Of a stretch of DNA of 64,000 bases, positions 10,269 to 21,302 are shown piece by piece. The stretch covers positions 1,440,001 through 1,504,000 of the forward strand of contig CAVSAC010000014.1 of assembly GCA_963725865.1 (NCBI GenBank). Direction: 5' to 3'. The notes under the pieces were generated by a model. That model was not told where the DNA came from and searched no databases. It saw only the letters and a list, made by a program, of their open reading frames with translations. A program made the position numbers and the translations under genes. Every line of letters begins with the position of its first letter. Position 1 is the first letter of the stretch. The DNA is from Candidatus Eiseniibacteriota bacterium. Lineage in GTDB: Bacteria > Eisenbacteria > RBG-16-71-46.

Positions 10269-10950
10269 AGCCGCGGGTGACGCTGACGCTCACCGTGAAC
10301 GGCGCGAAGCGCCGGGTGCAGGCCCCGCCGATGAAGCGACTGCTCGACGTGCTGCGCGAGGAGTGCGGCCTGACCGGCACCAAGGAGGGCTGCGGCGAGG
10401 GCGAGTGCGGCGCGTGCACCGTGCTGATGGACGGCCGCGCCGTGAACTCCTGCCTGGTGCCCGCGGTGCAGGCCGACGGCGCGCGGATCGTGACGGTCGA
10501 GGGACTCGCGAAGGGCTCGCGGCTGTCGAGTCTGCAGCAGGCGTTCCTCGAGTTCGGGGGTGCTCAGTGCGGCATCTGCACGCCCGGCATGCTGGTGACC
10601 TCGATGGAGCTGCTCGAGCGCGCGAAGGGCCGGGTGCCCGGCGAAGACGAGGTGCGCGAGGCGCTGTCGGGGAACCTGTGCCGCTGCACCGGCTATCAGC
10701 GGATCGTCGATGCGGTGCGCGCCGCCGCCCGGATGGGTCGCAAGCCGGGGGCGAAGCCGCGCGCCGCGGCCCGCAAGCGCACCGCGTCGCGGCGCCCGGC
10801 CCGCGCGCGGACGGCGGGCGCCGCGAGCCGTGCGCGCGCGCGAGCCGCGACGCGCACGCGCTCGGTGCGGGCCGGCGCAAAGCGCGGCGTGGTCCGGCGC
10901 GCCGGAGCCAAGCGCCGCGCGACGAAGCGAGCGACGAGGAGGACCGCCCG

Positions 10951-10954
<4 letters not shown>
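10265..10954 (+). CDS. Xanthine dehydrogenase-family [2Fe-2S] subunit with long basic C-terminal tail
   Basis: GCGEGECGAC, QCGICTPG, NLCRCTGY; ATGA overlaps with both neighbours. Confidence 0.93.
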
Positions 10955-11838
<884 letters not shown>

Positions 11839-12000
11839 CGCCGCGGCCGCACGGGGCCTCCGCCGGGGCGCGCGGAGGACCGCGGGTTCAGCGGCCGCCC
11901 GTTGTGGCCGATGACTCCGTCACGACCCGCGCGCTCGCGCGTGGGCCTGGATTCCAGATCTCGGCGCGCCCGCGCCGGACCGGCCGCGACAGGAGTGGAC

Positions 12001-12162
12001 ATGCGGTGGATGCTCGTGCTGCTCGTCTCCAGCATCACCGGCGCGGCCGGCTGGTGGCTCGGCGCCTTCATGGGGTTCTACGCGGCATTCTTCGTGAGCC
12101 TCGTGGGCACCGCGGTCGGCGTCTACTTCGCGAACCGGCTCGCGAAGCACTACCTGCCCTGA
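12001..12162 (+). CDS. Small membrane protein (53 aa)
   Basis: AGGAG RBS upstream of ATG 12001; two hydrophobic segments. Confidence 0.7.
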   Translation: MRWMLVLLVSSITGAAGWWLGAFMGFYAAFFVSLVGTAVGVYFANRLAKHYLP

Positions 12163-12420
12163 CGGTCCTCGCCCCGCACCCGGTCGCGGTGCGGATCCCC
12201 GGCGGCCCGCCCGCCGGCCGCCGGCGCCTGCGGTGCGCGTTCGCGCCCGCGCCGGGCCCGCGCGCCGTGCGCTTCGCACGCTGCCGTTCAGAACCCCCCG
12301 CAGCGCGCCGATAACCGCAGCAGCCGTACCCGGTTGGTGCCGCTGTGGGCTCCACCGGCCACGACCACCAGCTTCGTGCGATGTCCGGCTCCCTCGCCGC
12401 CTTCGAACGGGAGACAGAAC

Positions 12421-12888
12421 GTGTCCGACAGCACTCATCCTACGATCTCCGACATCACGCTGGCGCTCGCGCGCCTGGCGGATCGAGTCTCGGAGTCGAA
12501 CGCCATCGGGCTGGAGCCCTACGTGCGCTACACGCTGCGTCGCGCACTGCAGGAGCTCGAGCTGCACATCCCGGGGCTCGACGATCCGCCCGACTCCGAA
12601 TCCGCGCAGCGCTACGCCATCGCCGCCGAAGCGGCGCTCACCCGCGGCCAGGACCGCGAGGCGCTCGCGCGCGCGCTGCGCGGTCTGGCGTGCTCGCCGC
12701 ACCACCCGCAGCTGTTCTTCCTCGCCGGCTCCGCGTGCTTCGAGCTGGGCGCGGTCGAGGACGCGCTGCGACTGCTCTATCACACGCTGTGGATCCACCC
12801 CGGGCACGTACGCGCCCGGCAGGACCTCGAGGCCATCACGGGATTCCTCGAGGAGACCGGAGAGGACGAAGGGGATATCGCCGCTTGA
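12421..12888 (+). CDS. Hypothetical protein with a TPR-like repeat
   Basis: GTG start after GGGAG; LAGSACFELGAVEDALRLLYHTLWIHPGH resembles a TPR; stop overlaps next gene. Confidence 0.65.
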   Translation: MSDSTHPTISDITLALARLADRVSESNAIGLEPYVRYTLRRALQELELHIPGLDDPPDSESAQRYAIAAEAALTRGQDREALARALRGLACSPHHPQLFFLAGSACFELGAVEDALRLLYHTLWIHPGHVRARQDLEAITGFLEETGEDEGDIAA

Positions 12889-14102
12889 AGATCCTGCTGC
12901 TCGCAGACGGGCTCGAAGCGTCGTGGCTCGACGAGCCGGCGCTCTGGCTGCACGACCTGGCGGCACGCTGGGTCGCGCGGGGCCACCGCGTGCACGCGTT
13001 GTGCGTGCACCCGGTCGAGTCGTGGCAGCAGCCCGAGGACCCGCCCGGGATCACCGTGTGGCGGCCCGAGCGCGACGCGTTCGAGGCGGTGCTGGGTGAG
13101 GCGCTGGCGCTGGAGCCCGACGTGGTGCACGTCGCCTCCTCCGGCCCCTACGGCCCGCGCGTGGTCGAGATCCTGCGCGAGCTGCCGCTGCTGCTCGACG
13201 TCTACGATGACTGGCCGATCTGCCCGAACCACGACCTGTTGCGCCGGCCCAGCCTGGAGCCGTGCGGCGAGCACTATCCGTTCGCGGGCTGCGGTCCCTG
13301 CGCCGGCCTCTCGCGACTGCGCGCGATGGAGGAGAAGATCGAGCTCGCCGCGAGCGCGCGCCTCATCGTCGCGCACTCGGCGTACAACCGCGTCCGGCTG
13401 AGCACCGGGCTCGGGCGTCCGGTGGAGCTGGTGCCCTACGGCATCGAGCTGGCGCGTTTTTGCGAGCAGCCGGAGCCGCCCACCGCGCCCGAGCTGCGCG
13501 CGATGTTCGACGCGCGCGATCGTCCGCGCGTGCTGTTCCTGGGCCCGCCGTCGCATGCGCGCGGCGCGGGCAAGCTGCTCGACATCGCGGTCGCGGTGAG
13601 CGCGCGGGTGCCGGACGTGGAGTTCGTGGTGGCCGGTCGCGATCCGCTGAACCCCGACTGGGACCAGGTGTTCCACGCCGAGGCGCTGGAGCTGGGCCTG
13701 CGCGAGCACGTGCGTGTGCTGCCGCGCGTGCTGCTCGCGGACCTGCCCGGCCTCTACGCCTCGTGCCAGCTCGCCATGGCGCCGCTCGTGCACCAGGAGC
13801 CGGGCGGGCTCTTCCTGCTGCAGGCGCTCGCGACCGGGATGCCGGTGATCGCGAGCCCGCTCGGCGCGGTGCAGGACCTCGTGCGCCAGGGCGAGGAGGG
13901 CCTGCTGGTGCCGCCGCGCGAGATGTCGGCGTTCGCGAACGCGATCTGCACGCTGCTGCTCGATCCGATGGCGCGCATGGCGTTCGGCGAGAGCGGCCGC
14001 CTGCGCGTCGTGGAGAACCACGACATCGAGCGCAGCGCGCACGCGCTCGACCTGCTCTACGACCGCCTGCGGCCCCGCCCCGCGCGACGGGCGGTCGCCT
14101 GA
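12885..14102 (+). CDS. Glycosyltransferase family 4
   Basis: TTG start (KILLL), EPGGLFLLQALATGMPVIAS GT-B motif, GHRVHAL, DVVHV. Confidence 0.85.
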   Translation: MKILLLADGLEASWLDEPALWLHDLAARWVARGHRVHALCVHPVESWQQPEDPPGITVWRPERDAFEAVLGEALALEPDVVHVASSGPYGPRVVEILRELPLLLDVYDDWPICPNHDLLRRPSLEPCGEHYPFAGCGPCAGLSRLRAMEEKIELAASARLIVAHSAYNRVRLSTGLGRPVELVPYGIELARFCEQPEPPTAPELRAMFDARDRPRVLFLGPPSHARGAGKLLDIAVAVSARVPDVEFVVAGRDPLNPDWDQVFHAEALELGLREHVRVLPRVLLADLPGLYASCQLAMAPLVHQEPGGLFLLQALATGMPVIASPLGAVQDLVRQGEEGLLVPPREMSAFANAICTLLLDPMARMAFGESGRLRVVENHDIERSAHALDLLYDRLRPRPARRAVA

Positions 14103-14246
14103 CGAGCGGCGCCTCGGCGGTCCGCGAGGCGCGGTGGGCGCGCGCGGACGCCGCGCCGGCGGTGGCAGTACCTGGGACGATATGGGAGACTGGCGGCGCG
14201 CCGATCGACTGAACCCCCGTCGGCACCGTCCGCCCGGAGGTCGTCC

Positions 14247-16440
14247 ATGCAGCCTTCCGCCACGGCGCCCGTGTCCGTCTCGAGGACGGAAAAGCCGGAC
14301 GCCTCGACGCTCGAGAGACTCTTCCGACCGCGTTCGGTCGCCGTCATCGGAGCGTCCCGCGACACCTCCACGGTGAGCGGCGCGGTGTTCAAGAACCTGC
14401 TCGCGAACCGCTTCAACGGCCCCGTCTACCCGGTGAATTCCAAGGCCGCGGTCGTCCAGTCGGTGGCGGCCTACCCGGACCTCGCCGCGATCCCCGGCGA
14501 GGTGGACCTGGCGGTGATCGTGGTGCCGAGCCGCATGGTGGTCGCGACCGTCGAGGAGTGCGGCGCCAAGGGTGTGAAGGCGGTGGTGGTGATCAGCGCG
14601 GGCTTCCGCGAGGTGGGCGAGGAGGGCGCGGCGCTCGAAGGGCGCCTGCTCGAGGTCGTGCGCCGCTACGGCATGCGAATGGTCGGCCCCAACTGCCTCG
14701 GGGTCATCAACACCGAGGAGGCGGTGCGCCTCAACGCCCAGTTCGCGCCGACCGCGCCGCCCGCCGGCAGCGTCGCGGTGTCGTCGCAGAGCGGCGCGCT
14801 CGGGCTCGCGATCCTGCAGTACGCGGCGACTCTCAACATCGGCGTCTCGCACTTCATCAGCGTCGGCAACAAGGCGGACGTGTCGGGCAACGACCTGCTG
14901 GAGTTCTGGGAGCGGGACGCCGGCACCAAGCTGGTCCTGCTCTACCTGGAGTCGTTCGGCAATCCACGCCGCTTCGTCGAGATCGCGCGCCGCGTCGCGC
15001 GCACCAAGCCGATCATCGCGGTGAAGAGCGGTCGCACGCTGCGCCGGCGTGCGGGCCGCGTCGTCGCACACCGGCTCGATCGCCGGCGCCGACACCGCGG
15101 TCGACGCGCTCTGCCGCCAGTCGGGCGTGATCCGCACCGACACCATGGAGGAGCTGTTCGACGTCGCGATGGTGCTCGCGAACCAGCCGGTGCCGCGCGG
15201 GCGGCGGGTCGGGATCGTGACGAACGCGGGAGGGCCGGGCATCATGGCCACCGACGCGTGCGAGAGCCACGGGCTCGAGGTGCCGATCCTCACCGACGCC
15301 ACGATCGCGCGGCTGCGCGGGTGGCTGCCGCTCGAGGCGTCCGTCAAGAATCCGGTGGACATGATCTCCTCCGCGACGCCCGAGTCGTTCGAGAAGGCGG
15401 CGGCCGCGGTGCTCGCCGATCCGAAGATCGACGCGCTGCTGGTGCTCTACGTGCCGCCGATCGTGACCAACGCGAGCGAGGTGGCCGAGAGCATCGTACG
15501 CGGCGTCGCCGAGGCCACGCGGCTCGCGGACCTCGAGAACCGCCCGCACAAGCCGGTGCTGTCGTGCTTCCTCGGCACCCACGGCCTGCAGGAGAGCATG
15601 GCCACGCTGCACGAGGGACGCATCCCGTCGTACGTGTTCCCGGAGTCGGCCGCCATCGCGCTGGCGCGGGCGGTGCACTACGGCGAATGGCGGCACGCGG
15701 CGCCCGGGAGCCCGCGCACGTTCGCGGTCGATCGCGCCCGCGCCGCGCGCGCGATCGCACAGGCCGCAGCGCGCGGGCCCCGAACCTGGCTCGACCCCGA
15801 CGAGATCGCGGAGGTGCTGGCGGCCTACGGCATCCCGCAGCCCGCGTCGAAGCTCGCGCGCGGCGAGGACGAGGCGGTGGGCGCGGCCCGCGCGCTGGGC
15901 TACCCGGTCGTGCTCAAGCTCCACTCCCGCACGCTCACCCACAAGTCCGACGTCGGCGGCGTGGCGCTCGACCTGCGCGACGACGACGAGGTGCGCGAGG
16001 CGTGGCGGCGCATGCGGCAGCAGCTCCAGGCGGTCGACAAGCTCGACCAGATGGAGGGCGGCACGCTCCAGCCGCTCCTGAAGGAGGGGCTCGAGACGAT
16101 CGTCGGCATGACGCGCGATCCCAAGTTCGGGCCGATGGTCATGTTCGGGCTCGGTGGCATCCACGTCGAGATGCTGAAGGACGTCGCGTTCCGCCTCGCG
16201 CCGCTCACCGACCGCGACGCGCGCGAGATGGTGCGGGAGGTGCGCGCCTATCCACTGCTCGCGGGCTACCGCGGCGCGCCGCCCGCCGACGTGCCGGCGC
16301 TCGAGGAGACGCTGCTGCGCATCTCGCAGCTCGCGGAGTCGCACCCCGAGATCGGCGAGCTGGACCTCAATCCGGTGCGCGCGCTGCGGCCCGGGAACGG
16401 CGTGATGGCCATCGACGCTCGCATTCGGCTCGAGGGCTGA
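14247..16440 (+). CDS. Acetate/acyl-CoA ligase (ADP-forming), fused alpha/beta; apparent +1 frameshift near 15042
   Basis: SVAVIGAS, GPNCLG, SQSGALG, GNKADV, KSGRT in ORF 14247; AASSHTG, TNAGGPG, HKSDVGGV, ELDLNP in ORF 15049..16440. Confidence 0.88.
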
Positions 16441-16444
16441 GCGC

Positions 16445-17287
16445 ATGGCGTGGACGCCGCGTCACGTGCCCGTCGGGCGCCTCGCGGCGCTGGCCGCCAT
16501 CCTGGTCGCGGTGGTCGTCGTGGTGCGGCCGCACGGCGGTCCAGCCTGGCGCACGGTGGGACCCGGGCTCGAGTTCGCGTACGTCGACGGCGGCCACTGG
16601 TGCCGCGCCGGATCCGCGAACGTCGCGGTGCTACGCATCGATCCGCGCTGGGCGACCCTGCACGTGCGGCACTGCTCGCAGCGCGCCGACCGCCGCCCGC
16701 TCGACATCGTCGGCTGGCAGAAGGAGACCCGCGCCGCCGCGGTGTTCAACGCCGGCCAGTTCTACCCCGACCTCGCGTACATGGGGCTGCTGGTGAGCGA
16801 GGGGCGCACCATCTCGGCGCGCCCGCACGGGACGTTCCGCGCCGCGCTGGTGGCCGACCGCGTTCCGGGCGGCGGCGAGGCACACGTGCTCGATCTGCAG
16901 CGTCACCCGCTGAACCCGCGCGCGCCGGGATGGCGCGAGGTGGCGCAGTCCTTCATGCTGATCGACCAGGACGGCCAGGTGCGCGTGCGGCGCAGCGACC
17001 GCGTCGCCAACCGCACGGTGGTCGCCGAGGACCGGCACGGGCACCTGCTGGTGGTGGTGAGCGAGGGCGGCTACACGCTCTTCGACTTCGCCGAGCTGCT
17101 CAAGCACCTGCCGATCGAGGTCTCCCACGCGATGAGCATGGACGGCGGGAGCGAGGCCCAGCTGGTGGTGCGCACGCCGCGCTGGCGCTATGCCTCGTTC
17201 GGGCGCTGGGCGCACGATGGCGACGAGGCGCACACGCCCGCCGCGAGCACCTTGCTGCCGGCGGTGATCGAGGTCGGCGCGCGATGA
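16445..17287 (+). CDS. Phosphodiester glycosidase (NAGPA-like) family protein
   Basis: FNAGQF, NRTVVA, AMSMDGGS motifs; N-terminal TM/signal. Confidence 0.8.
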   Translation: MAWTPRHVPVGRLAALAAILVAVVVVVRPHGGPAWRTVGPGLEFAYVDGGHWCRAGSANVAVLRIDPRWATLHVRHCSQRADRRPLDIVGWQKETRAAAVFNAGQFYPDLAYMGLLVSEGRTISARPHGTFRAALVADRVPGGGEAHVLDLQRHPLNPRAPGWREVAQSFMLIDQDGQVRVRRSDRVANRTVVAEDRHGHLLVVVSEGGYTLFDFAELLKHLPIEVSHAMSMDGGSEAQLVVRTPRWRYASFGRWAHDGDEAHTPAASTLLPAVIEVGAR

Positions 17288-17865
17288 GCGCGTTCCCCTG
17301 CGCGCGTTGCGGGCGCCCGGTGACGCGCGATCGCCGCTCCCGTCCGCCGCACATCGCGTGCCCGCGCTGCCGCTACCTGCTCTACGACTATCCGCGCGCG
17401 TGCGTGGGAACGCTGGTGATGAAGGAGCGCACGTTGCTCGTGCTGGTGCGCGGGCATCGGCCGCGCCGCGGCTTCCTGGACCTGCCCGGTGGCTTCCTGG
17501 ACGCGGGCGAGGACCTCGCCGCCGGCGCGCGCCGCGAGCTGCGCGAGGAGACCGGGATCACGGTCGGCGCGATGCGGCCGTTCGGGCTCTACTGGGACGA
17601 GTATCCGCTCGACGGCTTCGGGCGCTTCCCGACGCTCAACTTCTACTGGCTCGCGCGCTGGCGTCGCGGCGAGCCGCAGGCCGGCGACGATGCGGCCGAG
17701 GCGCGCTGGCTCTCGCTGGCCGCGGTGCGGCGCGCCCGCGCGCGCTTCGCGTGGCCGCACATGCACGCCGTGGTGCGCGACCTGGCGGCGACGCTCGCGG
17801 GGGGCCGCATCGCCGCGGCGCCGGGCGCGGCGCGGCGCTTCATGCTGGGGCGGCCGCGGGGCTGA
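17284..17865 (+). CDS. NUDIX hydrolase with N-terminal zinc ribbon
   Basis: CARC...CPRC; Nudix box PGGFLDAGEDLAAGARRELREETG. Confidence 0.9.
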   Translation: MSAFPCARCGRPVTRDRRSRPPHIACPRCRYLLYDYPRACVGTLVMKERTLLVLVRGHRPRRGFLDLPGGFLDAGEDLAAGARRELREETGITVGAMRPFGLYWDEYPLDGFGRFPTLNFYWLARWRRGEPQAGDDAAEARWLSLAAVRRARARFAWPHMHAVVRDLAATLAGGRIAAAPGAARRFMLGRPRG

Positions 17866-18112
17866 GACCCGAGCGGGGACACGGGAAAACGGCAGAACCT
17901 TGTCCTGTAGTCCTTTCGACTATCCGAGATTTTCTTCGTATTCCGCCCGGGTCTCTGCGACACTTCCGCCTTCGGGCTGGCCGCTCGCGCGCGATCCTCC
18001 ATCCCCTGGATGGTGCCCCGGTCGCGCGCGATCCGTACGGCATGCCGCGGTCGGACTCCCGAAGCCCGGCCAGAGGCGAAGGTGCTCTCGCACGGGGCAG
18101 GGAGGGTCGATC

Positions 18113-18937
18113 ATGGGAAACACCACTACCAGGCGGCTGCTCATCATGTCGGGCTTCGCGCTGTCGATCGGGTTCGCGAGTCTCGTGTCGTTCCCGATCG
18201 CGGCGGCGGCCACCTATCCCCCGCAGCTGCCTCCCCAGGCGCCGGGCAGTCCGAACATCCTGCCCACTCACACGACCTCGGTGATCTTCACCAACACGCA
18301 CTTCTATCCGGTCGGCCCCAATCCGAACGGCGTCGAGATCAAGGTCGACGTCCTCGACAACTACCTCGGCGACTTCACGAAGTACCAGTGGGTGTACACG
18401 GTCACGAACCACACCTTCGATCCGCTGCCCGGCACCTCGAACGGATTCTCGGGCTTCGAGCTCGCGCTGCCGCTGTTCGTGCCCGACATCGCGAACGTCA
18501 TCGCGCCCGACGGGATCGGGCCGTGGCTCATCAACTGCTGTTCCGGCCAGCCCGTCGAGTGGGATCTCAGCAACACCAACGGCGCGGGGGTCGGCGGCGG
18601 CACGATGCCCGGCCAGACCGAGGTGTACTCCTTCACCACGTTCCCGCGCCTCATCACGACGAGCACCGGCTGGTTCCACTCGTGGGAATCGGACCTCCAG
18701 GCCGAAATCATCACCTATCCCGCGGGGGACGGGCCCGAGGTACCGGACCTGCTCGCGCCTCCGAACGAGGAGCTCTGCTGTCAGGAGACCTCGCCGGGAA
18801 TCTTCAGCTGCACCATCCTCCCCGCCGGGCAGTGCGCCGCACTCGGTGGCCAGATCGTCATCGACTGCAATCACTGTCCTCCGGCCACTCCGGCCGAGCC
18901 GAAGAGCTGGGGTCAACTGAAGACGATCTACCGCTAG
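18113..18937 (+). CDS. Secreted hypothetical protein with Cys-rich segment and C-terminal SWGQLKTIYR motif
   Basis: GGGAGGG RBS, signal-like N-terminus, C-terminal motif. Confidence 0.8.
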   Translation: MGNTTTRRLLIMSGFALSIGFASLVSFPIAAAATYPPQLPPQAPGSPNILPTHTTSVIFTNTHFYPVGPNPNGVEIKVDVLDNYLGDFTKYQWVYTVTNHTFDPLPGTSNGFSGFELALPLFVPDIANVIAPDGIGPWLINCCSGQPVEWDLSNTNGAGVGGGTMPGQTEVYSFTTFPRLITTSTGWFHSWESDLQAEIITYPAGDGPEVPDLLAPPNEELCCQETSPGIFSCTILPAGQCAALGGQIVIDCNHCPPATPAEPKSWGQLKTIYR

Positions 18938-19005
18938 TCGAACGAACACGGAATTCGATGGGGCCATGTCATCATGGCCCCATCGACCGTGTAAGGAACC
19001 CACGC

Positions 19006-20424
19006 GTGAACGACCCTCTTCCGGCGCCTTCCCTCTCCACCGTCCTGCTCGTCACCGCCGTCCTGCTCGGAGGTGCCCGGAGCGCCGCGGCCGCCCCCGA
19101 GGTGCGCACGCTGTTCGTGCCCGAGCCCGCGGTCGTGGCGGCGGCCCCGCCACCGGCGATCGAGCCCTCGTACGTGCGGCTGCCGCTGACGGTGTCTCTG
19201 AGCCCGCTGCTCGCGCGGCTGGAGGAGACCATCCCGCGCCGGCTGGACACGGCGGGGCGTTACGAGGGGGATGAGGAGGGCGTGGAGCTCGCATACGACA
19301 TCCGCCGCGACCCGTTCGCGATCACCGCGCGCCACGACACGCTGCTGATCAGCGCTCCGGTCGCGTTCAGCGTCCGCGCACGCGCGCCGAAACTGGCGCC
19401 GATCTCCTGCGGCAGCGACGGCGCTCCCATGCGTGGACGGCTCGGCTGCATCACACGCGTGGGCTGGGGCGACGCGTGGCACCTCGATGCGCGGTCGCTG
19501 CCGCTGCCCATGACGTTCGAACGACACTGCGACCCCGAGCTGCAGGAGGTCGATCTGACCGAGGCGATCGGCGAGCGGATCGTCGCCGGCATGGTCACCC
19601 CCTTGTCGACCGTCGCCACCGCGGCGCTGCGCGAGGGCGGCGGGGCGCGCGCGACGATCGATGCGGCGTGGCGCGCGCTCGAGACCCCGAGTCGCATCGG
19701 GGGCGATCGGTGGTTCGGCTTCAGCCCGCGACGCGTGCTGGCGGGGTCGGTCGCCGCGCGCGGGGAGTCGCTCGTGACGGAGGTGGCGATCGAGGTCGCC
19801 GCGGGTATCACGTCCGCCCCGATCGACGAGGCGGCCCGGCCGCTCCCGGAGACGACCGTGCGGCTCTTCGGCGACGAGCTGGTGGTGCCGTTCGATTGCG
19901 AGGTGCCGCTCGACACGCTCGCGCGCGAGCTCGAGCAGGCGCTGGGCGACTCCGTCGCCCCGGCATCCGGCGGCCGCGTGCAGGTGCACGCGGTGCGGCT
20001 CGCGCCCGGCGGGGATCGCCTGCTCGTCACGCTCGAGCTGCAGGGCGCGCTCACGGGTCGCGTCCACCTGCTGGGGAGCCTGGAGTTCGAGCCGAACACC
20101 AGCCGCCTCACCCTGAAGGGCCTCGAGTGGACGCCCGAGACGAACGCCGCGCTCCGCGCGTTCGGCAGCGGCACGCCGGCCGCGCTCCGCGGCCAGCTCG
20201 AGAGCCTCCGCTCGCGCGCCCGCGCCGCGCTCCGCGTGGACTTCTCGCGTGAGGTCGCAGGCGTCGTCGGCCCGCTCGGCCGGCTGCTCAACCGGCCGCT
20301 CACCGACTCGCTCGCGATCGAGGGCGGGATCCACCAGCGACGTCCGCTCGGCACGTTCGTCACCGAGCGAACGCTGGGCGTGCGCATCGCCGCCACGGGA
20401 CGCGCGCGCATCGTAGTGCGCTGA
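19006..20424 (+). CDS. DUF4403-like exported protein
   Basis: Signal peptide; SYVRLPLTVSL, ISCG, W...F.PRRV pattern recalled from DUF4403; GTG start inferred. Confidence 0.6.
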   Translation: MNDPLPAPSLSTVLLVTAVLLGGARSAAAAPEVRTLFVPEPAVVAAAPPPAIEPSYVRLPLTVSLSPLLARLEETIPRRLDTAGRYEGDEEGVELAYDIRRDPFAITARHDTLLISAPVAFSVRARAPKLAPISCGSDGAPMRGRLGCITRVGWGDAWHLDARSLPLPMTFERHCDPELQEVDLTEAIGERIVAGMVTPLSTVATAALREGGGARATIDAAWRALETPSRIGGDRWFGFSPRRVLAGSVAARGESLVTEVAIEVAAGITSAPIDEAARPLPETTVRLFGDELVVPFDCEVPLDTLARELEQALGDSVAPASGGRVQVHAVRLAPGGDRLLVTLELQGALTGRVHLLGSLEFEPNTSRLTLKGLEWTPETNAALRAFGSGTPAALRGQLESLRSRARAALRVDFSREVAGVVGPLGRLLNRPLTDSLAIEGGIHQRRPLGTFVTERTLGVRIAATGRARIVVR

Positions 20425-20517
20425 GCCGGACGGGGCCCGCGCGCGTGGCCGCTGCCGCGCGACACGGTGTATCCTGATCGGGCCCTCCACCGTTTCGTTC
20501 GTCCGAGAGTGTCCGCC

Positions 20518-21210
20518 ATGACGTCGCCACCCCACGACATCGACGAGACCCTGGCGCTGGTGGCCGAGGGCCGCTACGCCATCGGCGCGGGCGGCGCCGT
20601 GTGCGGCGAAGAGCGCTGGCGCATGGCGGCCAATGCCGGCGGCATCGTGGTGACCGGCACGCAGACGACCGCGCCACCGCATCCGTTCCCCAACACGCAG
20701 ACGTGGCGCGCCACGCTCACGCGCGAGTGGCGCCCGGCCGCGCTCGCGATCGAGTGGCGCGTGGGCGAACGGCTGCTGCGTGCCACGCACCAGGTCGACG
20801 GCGCGCGCTGGCGGGCCCGCATCGAGTACCAGGGCCAGGTGAAGTCCCAGGAGGGCGACTACCCCGACTTCTGCGAGGTCGAGTATCCGTCGCACCTGTT
20901 CAACACGTTCATCCTCGCGCGGCGCGACTTCGCGATCGGCGGGGAACACGAGTTCCCGGTGCTGCGCATCGGGCCGCCGTGGATGGCCGTGACGCCCGAG
21001 CGGATGCTGATCCGCTGCGCGGAAAAGGCCACGTACGCCGCGCCGTGGGGCGCGGTGCCGGCCAAGCGCTACGTGCTCAGCCTGCCGCCGCGCCCGGAGT
21101 CCGAGGGCTACACGTTCTGGGCCGACGAGCACGACGTGGTGCTCGAGTCGTTCGAAGGTCCCGAGCCGGTGACGTCGTGGATGAAGCTCGTGGAGTACCG
21201 CCGCGCATAG
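20518..21210 (+). CDS. Hypothetical beta-rich protein (putative glycolipid-binding domain-like)
   Basis: Coding-like codon usage; FNTF and FWADEHDVV patterns; family assignment tentative. Confidence 0.55.
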   Translation: MTSPPHDIDETLALVAEGRYAIGAGGAVCGEERWRMAANAGGIVVTGTQTTAPPHPFPNTQTWRATLTREWRPAALAIEWRVGERLLRATHQVDGARWRARIEYQGQVKSQEGDYPDFCEVEYPSHLFNTFILARRDFAIGGEHEFPVLRIGPPWMAVTPERMLIRCAEKATYAAPWGAVPAKRYVLSLPPRPESEGYTFWADEHDVVLESFEGPEPVTSWMKLVEYRRA

Positions 21211-21302
21211 GCGGTGTCTGAAGACGTGCGAGGGCAAGGCGTCGCGGTCGCGCGGCGAGCGGGATCGTGGCCGTTGGGCCACGTCGGAGTGAGGAGGGTC
21301 GC

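Noticed and set aside
15030..15050. Programmed ribosomal frameshift in acyl-CoA ligase (and the other split genes)
   Set aside because: No slippery heptamer; these families are normally continuous; sequencing error is simpler
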